64,000 bases of DNA, from NCBI GenBank assembly GCA_937127125.1, contig CAKZLO010000034.1, forward strand, positions 17,257-81,256, written 5' to 3'. The stretch's first letter is position 1. Each line of letters opens with the position of its first letter. Source of the stretch: an uncultured Ardenticatenia bacterium. GTDB taxonomy: Bacteria; Chloroflexota; Anaerolineae; 4572-78; NAK82. This document shows, piece by piece, positions 28,881-38,106 of the stretch. The position numbers were made by a program, and so were the translations under genes. The notes below the pieces were generated by a model, which saw only the letters and a list, made by a program, of their open reading frames with translations, was not told the DNA's origin and made no database searches.

Positions 28881-30203
28881 ATGGAAGATTGGGAGGAAAT
28901 CACGGAACTAATGGAACAGTTGGCACTACTCGGTGGGAATCCAGTCCGCACGGCACCATGGCCTCGTTGGCCTGTCTTCGATGAACGGGAAGAACAGGCC
29001 ATCTTGGAAGTATTGCACTCTGGCCATTGGTGGCGCCATTCCTACGGCCAAGGAGTAGAGCTAGCCGAAGGTGATGAACAGCCCCAAAGTATGGTAGCTC
29101 GGTTTCAGCGTGCCTTTGCCCGCGCGCATGATTGTCAATATGGGATCTGTGCTGCGAATGGGACGGTTACGCTGGAAATTGCGTTGCGCGCTGCGGGTGT
29201 CAAACCGGGCGACGAGGTGATTGTTCCAGCTTATACCTATGTGGCTACAGCTACAGCGCCTCTAATGGTGGGTGCCATTCCCGTGTTTGTGGACATACAT
29301 CCCGGCACATATACGGTCGATGTGCAGCGCATTGCTGAAGCGATCACGGAGCACACCCGCGCAATCATACCGGTGCATTTTGGTGGGCAACCTTGTGATA
29401 TGGATGCCATCAATGCCTTGGCGCAGCGTTACAATCTTGTGGTTGTTGAGGACGCTGCGCACGCTCATGGTGCTTCCTACTATGGACGCAAATGTGGTTC
29501 CCTGGGTGCGTTGGGCTCATTTAGCTTCCAGGCATCCAAGAATCTTACTGCAGGCGAAGGTGGTATCATCACGACAAACAATTTCGATTACGCGGAAATG
29601 TGTGAGTCGCTGGTGTGGGCTGGACGCAGGAGGGGAGAACCATGGTACCGCCACTATGTGCTTGCCTCCAATGCACGAATGACAGAGTTCCAGGGTGCCA
29701 TTTTGTTGGTGCAGCTCGAGCGCCTTGCGGAACAGATGGAGAAGCGTACGGCCAATGCTTTATTGCTCAACAGCCTGTTGAGTGAGATCGAGGGCGTTGA
29801 ACCTCTAAGCATCCTCCCGTCTACTACTGCCCATTCTTTTCATCTATACATCTTCCGTTATCGGCCTGAGGCGTTTGGTGGACTTGATAAGCAGCGCTTC
29901 GTGCAAGCGTTGCAGGCGGAGGGTATCACTGGCGCGTTCGCCGGGTATGCTACACCCTTGTACGCGAACCCAATGTTCCTCGAGAAATGGTTCATGGGCG
30001 GTCCATGGCCAGTGGACGCCTTTGCCCATGGGCAACGTATCAACTATGGTGACTTTGCTGAACTTTGTCCCATCGCCGAGCGCGCTTGCGCGATAGAGGC
30101 GGTCTGGTTGCCGCAAACTATGTTGCTGGCCGATACGCAAGCGATGTACGACATTGTTGCGGCGATCAAGAAGGTACAAGCTCACGCGCATCGGCTCCTT
30201 TAG
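28881..30203 (+). CDS. DegT/DnrJ/EryC1/StrS-family PLP aminotransferase (long form)
   Basis: LALLGGNPVR N-terminus, VIVPAYTYVATA, EDAAHAHGA, and the PLP lysine in FSFQASKNLTAGEGG. Confidence 0.8.
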   Translation: MEDWEEITELMEQLALLGGNPVRTAPWPRWPVFDEREEQAILEVLHSGHWWRHSYGQGVELAEGDEQPQSMVARFQRAFARAHDCQYGICAANGTVTLEIALRAAGVKPGDEVIVPAYTYVATATAPLMVGAIPVFVDIHPGTYTVDVQRIAEAITEHTRAIIPVHFGGQPCDMDAINALAQRYNLVVVEDAAHAHGASYYGRKCGSLGALGSFSFQASKNLTAGEGGIITTNNFDYAEMCESLVWAGRRRGEPWYRHYVLASNARMTEFQGAILLVQLERLAEQMEKRTANALLLNSLLSEIEGVEPLSILPSTTAHSFHLYIFRYRPEAFGGLDKQRFVQALQAEGITGAFAGYATPLYANPMFLEKWFMGGPWPVDAFAHGQRINYGDFAELCPIAERACAIEAVWLPQTMLLADTQAMYDIVAAIKKVQAHAHRLL

Positions 30204-30311
30204 CTTGATGCGTTAAGCGGTGTGGCCGAACAGAGCACATCTGACATCTGCGACGGAGACGTTTCGAATGGGTCTTCGCAGAGGAGATCCCTTTATGCGT
30301 TAGGGGTATGC

Positions 30312-30340
30312 TTGACCATCTCTTAGCTCTGCGATATAGT
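30312..30340 (+). promoter_or_regulatory. Putative promoter of the aro operon (TTGACC-17-TATAGT)
   Basis: TTGACC at 30312-30317, a 17-nt spacer, and TATAGT at 30335-30340. GGGAGG (30355-30360) precedes ATG 30366. Confidence 0.45.
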
Positions 30341-30365
30341 GGCAGATGTCAAGTGGGAGGCATGT

Positions 30366-31670
30366 ATGCAGCTACGTGTGCGGTTTTCTTCCCCTTTGCG
30401 CGGGGAAGCTGTCGCACCAGGTGACAAATCCATTTCGCATCGTGCTCTGCTGCTGGGCGCTATTGCACAGGGCACCAGTGAGGTGCACGGCTGGCTTCCG
30501 GCGGCAGACTGTCAAGCGACGTTGAAAGCTGTGCGTGCGCTGGGTGCTACAGTGGAGCAACATACGCCTGTAAACTTGGTCGTTCATGGGTGTGGTCTTC
30601 GCGGGCTGCGGCCGCCTGGTACCCAGGCAGTGTTAGATTGTCAGGGTTCCGGCACCACTATGCGCTTACTGGCAGGCATTCTGGCAGGTTATCCGTCGAC
30701 GAGTGTGCTGGATGGTCATGCTGGCCTGCGGCGTCGACCAATGGAACGGGTCGCTGTGCCATTGCGTTTGATGGGTGCCCATGTGGAGACCACCGATGGG
30801 CGCCCACCAATCGCTGTGCGGGGAGGAATGCTGCGCGCTATCGATTATACATTGCCTGTCGCTAGCGCGCAGGTGAAGAGTGCCATTCTACTCGCAGCTC
30901 TGTATGCCACTGGAGAAACGATCGTGCACCAGCCGGGCCCGGCACGCGACCATACCGAACGCATGTTACGCGCGCAAGGCGTGAACATATTTCAATGTGA
31001 CAACAGTGTCCATCTGATATCAAGTGAACAACCACTTGCGCCGCTGCAAATAGTAGTACCTGCTGACTTTTCTTCGGCTGCTTTCATACTGGTCGCCGGC
31101 CTGCTGGTGCCAGGTTCGGAGATCCTCTTACGCCGGGTTAACGTGAACCCCACGCGCACTGGGCTTTTAGACGTGTTGCAAGCGATGGGTGCCCGCATCC
31201 AGATTGGAGAAGTGAGCGAACAAGGTGGCGAACCGGTCGCTGATCTTCTTGTCCGTCCGGCCGAAATCGAGGCTGGCCAAGTGACAGGCGAGCTGGTAGT
31301 CCGTATGATCGACGAGTTCCCTGTCTTCGCAGTGGCTGCCACTCAGGCACACGGCACCACAGTAGTGCGCGATGCCCAAGAGCTGCGCGTGAAGGAAAGT
31401 GATCGTATTGCTGCTGTCGCGACCGAACTCCGTAAGATGGGCGCCCGCATAGAGGAGCAACCTGATGGTTTCGTGGTGGAGGGTCCTACAACTCTACAGG
31501 GTGCGCACGTGGATAGCCATGGTGATCATCGGTTGGCTATGGCCTTAGTGGTGGCGGGTCTAATTGCCCGAGGAGAGACGGTGATCCATGGTAGTGAAGT
31601 GATCGGCGATAGCTTTCCGGACTTTGTGCCGGTGATGCGCCAGTTAGGCGCAGACATTGAGCAGGCTTAA
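30366..31670 (+). CDS. aroA: 3-phosphoshikimate 1-carboxyvinyltransferase (EPSP synthase)
   Basis: APGDKSISHRALLL, CQGSGTTMRLL, LRVKESDRI and DHRLAMA motifs. Confidence 0.9.
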   Translation: MQLRVRFSSPLRGEAVAPGDKSISHRALLLGAIAQGTSEVHGWLPAADCQATLKAVRALGATVEQHTPVNLVVHGCGLRGLRPPGTQAVLDCQGSGTTMRLLAGILAGYPSTSVLDGHAGLRRRPMERVAVPLRLMGAHVETTDGRPPIAVRGGMLRAIDYTLPVASAQVKSAILLAALYATGETIVHQPGPARDHTERMLRAQGVNIFQCDNSVHLISSEQPLAPLQIVVPADFSSAAFILVAGLLVPGSEILLRRVNVNPTRTGLLDVLQAMGARIQIGEVSEQGGEPVADLLVRPAEIEAGQVTGELVVRMIDEFPVFAVAATQAHGTTVVRDAQELRVKESDRIAAVATELRKMGARIEEQPDGFVVEGPTTLQGAHVDSHGDHRLAMALVVAGLIARGETVIHGSEVIGDSFPDFVPVMRQLGADIEQA

Positions 31671-31731
31671 CAAGAGTGGCCAGATGTTATGCGGTTTTGA
31701 CCGGGATGGATGGGATGAGGAGTGGTCTCAG

Positions 31732-32664
31732 ATGAGCCATGCACAGACGGGTGTGTCGGCTTTGCGCGTTTCGGGGCGCACCAAGTTGGTTGGTCTGTTG
31801 GGCTTGCCTGTGGAGCATAGCCTCAGCCCAGTGATGCATAACGCGGCCTTCGCTGCACTGGGCCTGGATTGGGTATACGTTCCCTTGCCAGTCTATCCGG
31901 ATCACCTCGGTGAGGCAGTGCGTGGTCTGCGTGCTATGGGCTTTGCTGGTGCAAACGTAACCGTGCCACATAAGCAAGCGGTGCTGCGTCATCTTGATGA
32001 CATTGCCGAGGATGCACTGGTGATTGGTGCCGTCAACACCATTGTGGTGCGTGACAATGATCTCTACGGTGACAACACCGATGCCAGCGGGTTCATAGCT
32101 GCCTTGGTGGAAGCAGGATTCGATCCGCGCGGTGTCTATGCGGCGGTGTTGGGGGCGGGAGGTGCAGCGCGTGCTGTGGTGCATGCCCTGGCCAACGCTG
32201 GTGCACGCCAGATATGTGTCTATAATCGACACGTGCAACGCGCTCAGGATCTATGCCGCGATATGGCACGCTTCCACACGGATGTGCGTTTTGAGGCTCA
32301 TTCGCTGGATGCTGTGTGCAACATTGATGAGGATACCAGTCTGTTGGTGAATGCCACTTCGCTGGGAATGTGGCCGGACACTGAAAGCTCCCCATGGCCC
32401 ACGGATCTGCCGATTCCTGCCCATTTGACGGTGTGCGATTTGGTTTACCGTCCGCTGGAAACATTATTTCTCACTCAGGCGCGTGCCGTGGGAGCAGAGA
32501 CCATTGGTGGCTTAGGAATGTTGGTTTATCAGGGCGCGGCAGCTTTCGAGATGTGGACTGGCCATTCGGCACCGGTGCATGTGATGCGGCAAGCTTGTCG
32601 TGAGTTCTTAGCTATAGCGGATCGAGCAGAAGCTAACGTGACGGAACAACAATGGGTCAGCTGA
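31732..32664 (+). CDS. aroE: Shikimate 5-dehydrogenase
   Basis: LVGLLGLPVEHSLSPVMHNAAF, NVTVPHK (catalytic Lys), GDNTDASGF (catalytic Asp) and LGAGGAARAV. The start is uncertain (31657, 31684 or 31732). Confidence 0.8.
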   Translation: MSHAQTGVSALRVSGRTKLVGLLGLPVEHSLSPVMHNAAFAALGLDWVYVPLPVYPDHLGEAVRGLRAMGFAGANVTVPHKQAVLRHLDDIAEDALVIGAVNTIVVRDNDLYGDNTDASGFIAALVEAGFDPRGVYAAVLGAGGAARAVVHALANAGARQICVYNRHVQRAQDLCRDMARFHTDVRFEAHSLDAVCNIDEDTSLLVNATSLGMWPDTESSPWPTDLPIPAHLTVCDLVYRPLETLFLTQARAVGAETIGGLGMLVYQGAAAFEMWTGHSAPVHVMRQACREFLAIADRAEANVTEQQWVS

Positions 32665-32714
32665 GAGGGCTGCAATAGACCGTTTGTCATTCGTGAGAAA
32701 GTGGTTAGACGAAA

Positions 32715-33920
32715 GTGTTACGTTTTCTGACTGCGGGTGAGTCGCACGGATCGGAACTGACCGCTATCTTGGAAGGTATTCCGGCCGGTCTACCTCTCTC
32801 GCCTGAGCATATTCAAGGGGATCTGCGTCGCCGCCAGAAGGGGTACGGCTCGGGCGGGCGTATGGGTATAGAGAAGGACACGGTGCGTCTCAGTGCTGGT
32901 GTGTTGGGTGGGTACACAACCGGTGCGCCAATTGCTTTGCACATCGCGAATCTGGATCATACACATTGGTGCGGACGTGAAATTGCTCCGATGACTATCC
33001 CGCGCCCCGGTCATGCTGACTTGACCGGAGCGATCAAGTATGGACTACGCGATCTGCGTCTGGCGTTGGAGCGTGCCAGTGCACGTGAAACCGCTGCGCG
33101 TGTGGCGGTAGGAGCAGTGTGCCGTCATCTGTTGAGCCAGTTTGACATCATCATCGGCAGCTATGTTGTCAGCATTGGAGATGTCACAGCTGCCTTGCCG
33201 ATGCCAGACAACGAGGTTGCCCATACCACCTATCTTGCGCGTTTTCAAGCTGCTGAGGCAAGTGAAGTGCGCTGTCCTGATCCAGAAGCAGCAAAGCGTA
33301 TGCACCAGGCAATCTGGGATGCTATGCAGGCCAAGGACACTTTGGGGGGGATCTTTGAGGTAGTTGCACTGGGTGTGCCCCCCGGACTTGGCTCTTATGT
33401 TCAGTGGGACCGTCGACTCAGCGCGCGGTTGCTGGCTGCCGTAGGAAGCATTCAGGCAGTGAAAGGAGCGGAAATCGGGCCCGCTTTCGAAAATGCCCGC
33501 TTGCCAGGCACGCAGGTGCATGATGAGATCTTGCTAAAAGCTGGGGATGGATCCTCCCAGCCAAATGAGCTAACTCGGCGTACAAACCGTGCTGGCGGGT
33601 TGGAGGGGGGCATCTCGACGGGGCTGCCCATTGTGGTGCGTGCTGCGATGAAACCTATTTCCACGACGCTCAAACCTTTGCGCTCAGTGGATTTGGCGAC
33701 TGGACAGCCAGCGGCTACACGATATGAACGTTCTGATTTTTGTGCTGTGCCTCGTGCAGCAGTAGTGGCTGAAGCTATGGTGGCTTTCGTTCTGGCGGAT
33801 GCCTTGATCGAGAAACTCGGCGGCGATAGTTTGGACGAGATGCGCACACGCTACGCCACTTTGCGCCGCGCGCGCCTCTCCGATCTTCCTATGGACAATG
33901 TTCCTTGGCAAATGTTCTGA
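32715..33920 (+). CDS. aroC: Chorismate synthase
   Basis: 401 aa with MLRFLTAGESHG, RPGHADL and ERASARETAARVA signatures. Confidence 0.95.
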   Translation: MLRFLTAGESHGSELTAILEGIPAGLPLSPEHIQGDLRRRQKGYGSGGRMGIEKDTVRLSAGVLGGYTTGAPIALHIANLDHTHWCGREIAPMTIPRPGHADLTGAIKYGLRDLRLALERASARETAARVAVGAVCRHLLSQFDIIIGSYVVSIGDVTAALPMPDNEVAHTTYLARFQAAEASEVRCPDPEAAKRMHQAIWDAMQAKDTLGGIFEVVALGVPPGLGSYVQWDRRLSARLLAAVGSIQAVKGAEIGPAFENARLPGTQVHDEILLKAGDGSSQPNELTRRTNRAGGLEGGISTGLPIVVRAAMKPISTTLKPLRSVDLATGQPAATRYERSDFCAVPRAAVVAEAMVAFVLADALIEKLGGDSLDEMRTRYATLRRARLSDLPMDNVPWQMF

Positions 33921-33928
33921 GCTCTCCT

Positions 33929-35569
33929 ATGGTTTCCTCTGATCGTCGTAATCTCGTGCTCACCGGTTTTATGGGTTGCGGCAAGTCTGCCATTGGCCAG
34001 GAAGTGGCGCGTCGCTTAGGGCGTGAGTTCGTGGATACTGATCAACTTATCGAGATGCGCGCCGGTCGTTCTATTCCTGAGATCTTTGCACGTGATGGTG
34101 AGACGGTGTTCCGTGCTCTGGAGGCGGAAGTCTGTCGTGAACTGAGCACAGGACGTGGCTGGGTCATCGCCACCGGTGGATGGACATTAGGTACACCGGA
34201 AAATCGCGCCGCGATTGCAGCGGGCGGGACAGTGATCTGCCTGCGTGCCGATCCGGTGGCTTTGATCGAACGGTTGGGAAGTGCACAAGGTCGCCCTATG
34301 TTGGATGGTCCTGATTGGCAGTTGCGTCTGAAAGGGTTGTTGGCTCGACGGCTGCCAGTCTATTTGAGCTTTCCACTGCAGGTAAACACGACAAACATGA
34401 GTGTCGGCCAAGCTGCTGATCGCGTTCTGGCATTGTGGGAGGCTTTCTCCAACGATTCGGCGGATGAGCTGCCCGCCAGCTTACCGATGACCCATGGTGA
34501 GGAAGGTTACAGTGTGCTGATCGGTAATGGGCTTTTGGAACGAGCAGGTGTCTTGCTCGCTGCAGCTGGTCGCTGGAGTAGTGTGGCAGTGATCACCGAC
34601 CAAGTAGTGCAGCCGCTCTATGCCTCCCGGCTCATCGATGCTTTGCGACGTGCCGCACAACCGCCATGTTCAGCTGAGGAAATGGCGCGTCCGCTGTGCG
34701 TCGCGATGCCGGCTGGAGAAGCGCATAAGACCTTGGAAACGGTGAATCGGCTTTATGCAGCATTGCTCACAGGAGGGCTGGACCGCGGTGGATTGGTGCT
34801 TGCCTTGGGTGGCGGTGTGGTAGGAGATGTCGCCGGTTTCACCGCCGCTACCTATATGCGCGGTGTGGCGTTTGCCCAGCTCCCTACAACCTTGCTCGCA
34901 ATGGTTGATGCAAGTGTGGGAGGTAAGACAGGCGTTGATCTCCCGCAAGGCAAAAACCTTGTCGGTGCCTTCAAACAACCCATGCTAGTGCTCATTGACC
35001 CCCTCGTCTTGAAGACTCTGCCAGAAGTGGAGTGGCGTGCCGGCATGGCAGAGGTGGTCAAAGCAGGTATCATCGGTGACCCGACATTGTTCGAGCGTCT
35101 GGAACGCGGTATGACCGACGATATGATCTGGATCATTCATCGGGCGGTGGCTGTGAAGATCGCAGTGGTTGAAGCGGACCCTTATGAGCGCGGTCGCCGT
35201 GCTGTGCTCAACTTGGGCCATACCTTCGGACATGCGTTCGAGCTACTTTCTGATTATCGCTTGCGTCATGGAGAGGCTGTTGCCATCGGTATGGCGATTG
35301 CTGCCAGATTGGCTGTAAAATTGGGGGTCTGTTGTGCAGAGACGGCCGGACGCATTATCGCCACGCTGCAACGACTGGGTCTGCCCACAACTGTGCCTTT
35401 ATATCCCATCGAGGCGATCTGGGAAGCCATGACCCGCGACAAGAAGAAGCAGGGTGCTCGCTTACGTTTTGTGCTTCCTCATGACGTCGGTCGGGCCGAA
35501 CTCCACGATGATGTACCGCGTGAACAAGTGTTACAAGTGTTGGGGGAAAGCCAGGGAGAGGTCGCTTGA
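33929..35569 (+). CDS. aroKB: Bifunctional shikimate kinase / 3-dehydroquinate synthase
   Basis: The N-terminal P-loop LTGFMGCGKS marks the kinase. The C-terminal part has GGGVVGDVAGFTAATYMRG, DASVGGKTGV and NLGHTFGHA, which mark DHQ synthase. Confidence 0.9.
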   Translation: MVSSDRRNLVLTGFMGCGKSAIGQEVARRLGREFVDTDQLIEMRAGRSIPEIFARDGETVFRALEAEVCRELSTGRGWVIATGGWTLGTPENRAAIAAGGTVICLRADPVALIERLGSAQGRPMLDGPDWQLRLKGLLARRLPVYLSFPLQVNTTNMSVGQAADRVLALWEAFSNDSADELPASLPMTHGEEGYSVLIGNGLLERAGVLLAAAGRWSSVAVITDQVVQPLYASRLIDALRRAAQPPCSAEEMARPLCVAMPAGEAHKTLETVNRLYAALLTGGLDRGGLVLALGGGVVGDVAGFTAATYMRGVAFAQLPTTLLAMVDASVGGKTGVDLPQGKNLVGAFKQPMLVLIDPLVLKTLPEVEWRAGMAEVVKAGIIGDPTLFERLERGMTDDMIWIIHRAVAVKIAVVEADPYERGRRAVLNLGHTFGHAFELLSDYRLRHGEAVAIGMAIAARLAVKLGVCCAETAGRIIATLQRLGLPTTVPLYPIEAIWEAMTRDKKKQGARLRFVLPHDVGRAELHDDVPREQVLQVLGESQGEVA

Positions 35570-35626
35570 GAAGTTTCAGCTGCAATTCGATCATCCTCTT
35601 TATCCAATCGTAAGGACACGATTCCT

Positions 35627-36637
35627 GTGCTGAAACGCTGGCGTGTCTGGCTGGGCATTTGTATCAGTCTTCTCTTTTTGTACCTAGCGTTGCGCAACCT
35701 TCACTTGGCAGATGTCTGGGATGTAGCACGCACTGCACGGTACGGTTGGATTATTCCCGGTGTGGCGGTTTATTTTGTAGCGGTTTGGGCGCGGACTTGG
35801 CGCTGGGACTATCTCCTTCGTCCTCTAAAACGCATACCGTTAGCTCATTTGTTTCCCATTGTGGTTATCGGTTACATGGGCAACAACGTCTATCCAGCGC
35901 GCGCAGGTGAGTTGATTCGTGCCTATGTATTGCGCCGGCGTGAAGGGATCAGCATGAGTGCCTCCCTCGCCACTGTGATTATCGAGCGCGTCTTCGATGG
36001 ACTGGTGATGCTGATGTTTGTTTTTGTTGGATTGCCATTCGTCCCTATGCCTGCTTGGTTGCAATGGATGGTTATTATCGCCTCATCCCTTTTCTTTAGC
36101 GCGTTGGCCATCTTCATTTGGTTAGCGATAGATGTGCGACGTACTGAAACTGTCTACAGATGGTTGATTGGGCGGCTGGTACCGGTGCGTTTTCGCGCCA
36201 GCGTTCTTGGCTTTGCAGAACGTTTCGTCACCGGTTTACGGGCACTGCGCAGCGGTCGAGCGGTGTTGATGCTGTTTGTCACTTCCATTGTTATCTGGCT
36301 TGCCGAGACAGTTAAGTATTGGTTTGTGATGCATGCTTTCAACTTTGCCGTGCCCTTCTATGTGCTAATGCTGATGAACGGCGTGGTCAATTTGGCCACC
36401 ACGATCCCGTCCTCGCCCGGCTACGTGGGCACCTTTGACGCACCAGGAATTGAGATTCTGAGCATATGGGGTGTGCTGCGTAGTGTGGCTGCCGGTTATA
36501 CTCTGGTTTTGCACGCTGCCTTGTGGTTGCCCATAACCTTGCTAGGGTTCTATTATATGGCGCGCGAAAGCATCAGCTGGCGCGACTTTCGTCAGGCAGT
36601 GGAAACTAAGAACGAGCAACAAGGGGTGGTTAGGTGA
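35627..36637 (+). CDS. UPF0104 / LPG-synthase-TM-like ('flippase-like') integral membrane protein
   Basis: 336 aa with about 8 TM segments. GNNVYPARAGELIRAYVL is typical of this family. Confidence 0.6.
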   Translation: MLKRWRVWLGICISLLFLYLALRNLHLADVWDVARTARYGWIIPGVAVYFVAVWARTWRWDYLLRPLKRIPLAHLFPIVVIGYMGNNVYPARAGELIRAYVLRRREGISMSASLATVIIERVFDGLVMLMFVFVGLPFVPMPAWLQWMVIIASSLFFSALAIFIWLAIDVRRTETVYRWLIGRLVPVRFRASVLGFAERFVTGLRALRSGRAVLMLFVTSIVIWLAETVKYWFVMHAFNFAVPFYVLMLMNGVVNLATTIPSSPGYVGTFDAPGIEILSIWGVLRSVAAGYTLVLHAALWLPITLLGFYYMARESISWRDFRQAVETKNEQQGVVR

Positions 36638-37941
36638 AAGTAGCGATTGTAGGTGCTGGTGTAGCTGGACTGACGGCTGCCTATCACCTCAGTGGATTGG
36701 GACACCAGGTGATAGTATATGAAGCGTCAGGGTATACAGGTGGGCTGGCGTCGGGCTTCCGCGACACGGGATGGGAGTGGTCGCTGGAACGCTTCTATCA
36801 CCATTGGTTCACCTCTGATAACGCGATTATTGGACTAATCTGTGAATTGGGGCTGGCAGATAAACTCTTCTTTGAACGTCCTGTTACTTCGATCTGGTAC
36901 AAAGGACGCGTCTATCCCTTCGACAGCTATTTGCGTGCTATGCTCTTTCCCCATCTTTCCATCTTGGACAAGCTGCGCGCGGCGCCCGTGGCTGTCTACC
37001 TGCGTTTTCTGCGCGATTGGCCGCGTCTAGAACGCTACACGGCACATGAATGGCTGACGCGGTGGATGGGGCGACGAGGTTATCAGATCTTATGGGAACC
37101 GCTGCTGGTAGGTAAATTCGGCGAGTACTATCAAGAAGTCAATATGGCCTGGTTCTGGGCACGCATTCATAAGCGCTCACCGCGTCTAGGCTACTTTGTC
37201 GGAGGCTTTCAAGCATTTCTGGACGCTCTGACAGAGCGGGTGCGGGTGCAAGGAAGTGAGATTCGTCTTCACGCGCCAGTGGATCGGATCGAGTCCGAGA
37301 CGTCCTCCATAGCGCCTGGGCGGGTGGTCAGCCGCCTGACAGTATACTCGAAAGGAGAGGCTGAGACGTATGATCGTGTGATTGTCACCTTGTCACCAGG
37401 ACTTTTGGCGCGTCTGGTGCTTGAACTGCCGGAACAGTATCTGTCCGGCTTGCGCGCGCTGAGGTCACTGGGCGCGGTTGTGCTGATCCTGGCGCTCCGG
37501 CAGCGTCTGACCGATGGTCATTACTGGATCAACCTGCCCAAGGGAGAGGGTTTCCCATTCCTTGCGCTTGTGGAGCACACTAATTTTATCGATCGGGTAC
37601 ACTATGGCGGTGATCATTTAGTATATTGTGGTGACTATCTCAAGCCGGATCACGAGTACTTCAGCTTGTCGCACGATGAGATGCTAGCACGCTTCTTGCC
37701 CTCTCTGAAGCGGTTCAACCCTAAGTTCACTCCGGAATGGGTGCGCAACAGCTGGTTGTTTCGAGAGAAATACGCTCAGCCAGTGCCCGGCGTTAATCAC
37801 TCGTACAATATCCCTGACTTGGCGACGCCGATTAAGGGGCTCTTTTGGGCAAGTATGAGTCAGGTGTATCCTTGGGATCGTGGCACCAATTACGCTGTCG
37901 AGATGGGCCGCGAGGTGGCGCGTCGGGCACTAGAAGTGTAG
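36634..37941 (+). CDS. NAD(P)/FAD-dependent oxidoreductase (amine-oxidase/phytoene-desaturase-like fold)
   Basis: 435 aa with the dinucleotide fold KVAIVGAGVAGLTAAY...VYEAS..GGL. The GTG start overlaps the upstream stop (GTGA). Confidence 0.7.
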   Translation: MKVAIVGAGVAGLTAAYHLSGLGHQVIVYEASGYTGGLASGFRDTGWEWSLERFYHHWFTSDNAIIGLICELGLADKLFFERPVTSIWYKGRVYPFDSYLRAMLFPHLSILDKLRAAPVAVYLRFLRDWPRLERYTAHEWLTRWMGRRGYQILWEPLLVGKFGEYYQEVNMAWFWARIHKRSPRLGYFVGGFQAFLDALTERVRVQGSEIRLHAPVDRIESETSSIAPGRVVSRLTVYSKGEAETYDRVIVTLSPGLLARLVLELPEQYLSGLRALRSLGAVVLILALRQRLTDGHYWINLPKGEGFPFLALVEHTNFIDRVHYGGDHLVYCGDYLKPDHEYFSLSHDEMLARFLPSLKRFNPKFTPEWVRNSWLFREKYAQPVPGVNHSYNIPDLATPIKGLFWASMSQVYPWDRGTNYAVEMGREVARRALEV

Positions 37942-38005
37942 TAGCTTCCTTACATCGCCGACCTTCAGTGCATACTGTGGTGGAATGCATGTGTGAACAG
38001 CAAGA

Positions 38006-38035
38006 GATCTGCCAATCCTATTCCATTGGCAGATC
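38006..38035 (+). terminator. Perfect 11-bp stem hairpin downstream of the oxidoreductase gene
   Basis: GATCTGCCAAT (38006-38016), an 8-nt loop, and ATTGGCAGATC (38025-38035). There is no U-tract. Confidence 0.35.
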
Positions 38036-38045
38036 ACATACACAA

Positions 38046-38074
38046 TTGTCGAGAGGTCGGAGCCCAAGTATAAT
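38046..38074 (+). promoter_or_regulatory. Putative ugd promoter (TTGTCG-17-TATAAT)
   Basis: TTGTCG at 38046-38051, a 17-nt spacer, and TATAAT at 38069-38074. GGGGAG precedes ATG 38107. Confidence 0.4.
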
Positions 38075-38106
38075 CTGCAGCGCACTCTCGTGGGGAGCAA
38101 TGTCTT

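Noticed and set aside
33929-35569. The idea that DegT, the Zn-dehydrogenase and a DHQ-synthase homologue indicate a 2-deoxystreptamine-type aminocyclitol pathway.
   Set aside because: The only DHQ-synthase homologue is fused to shikimate kinase inside a canonical aroA-E-C-K/B operon, so it is the housekeeping AroB. No glycosyltransferase or resistance genes accompany the DegT clusters.
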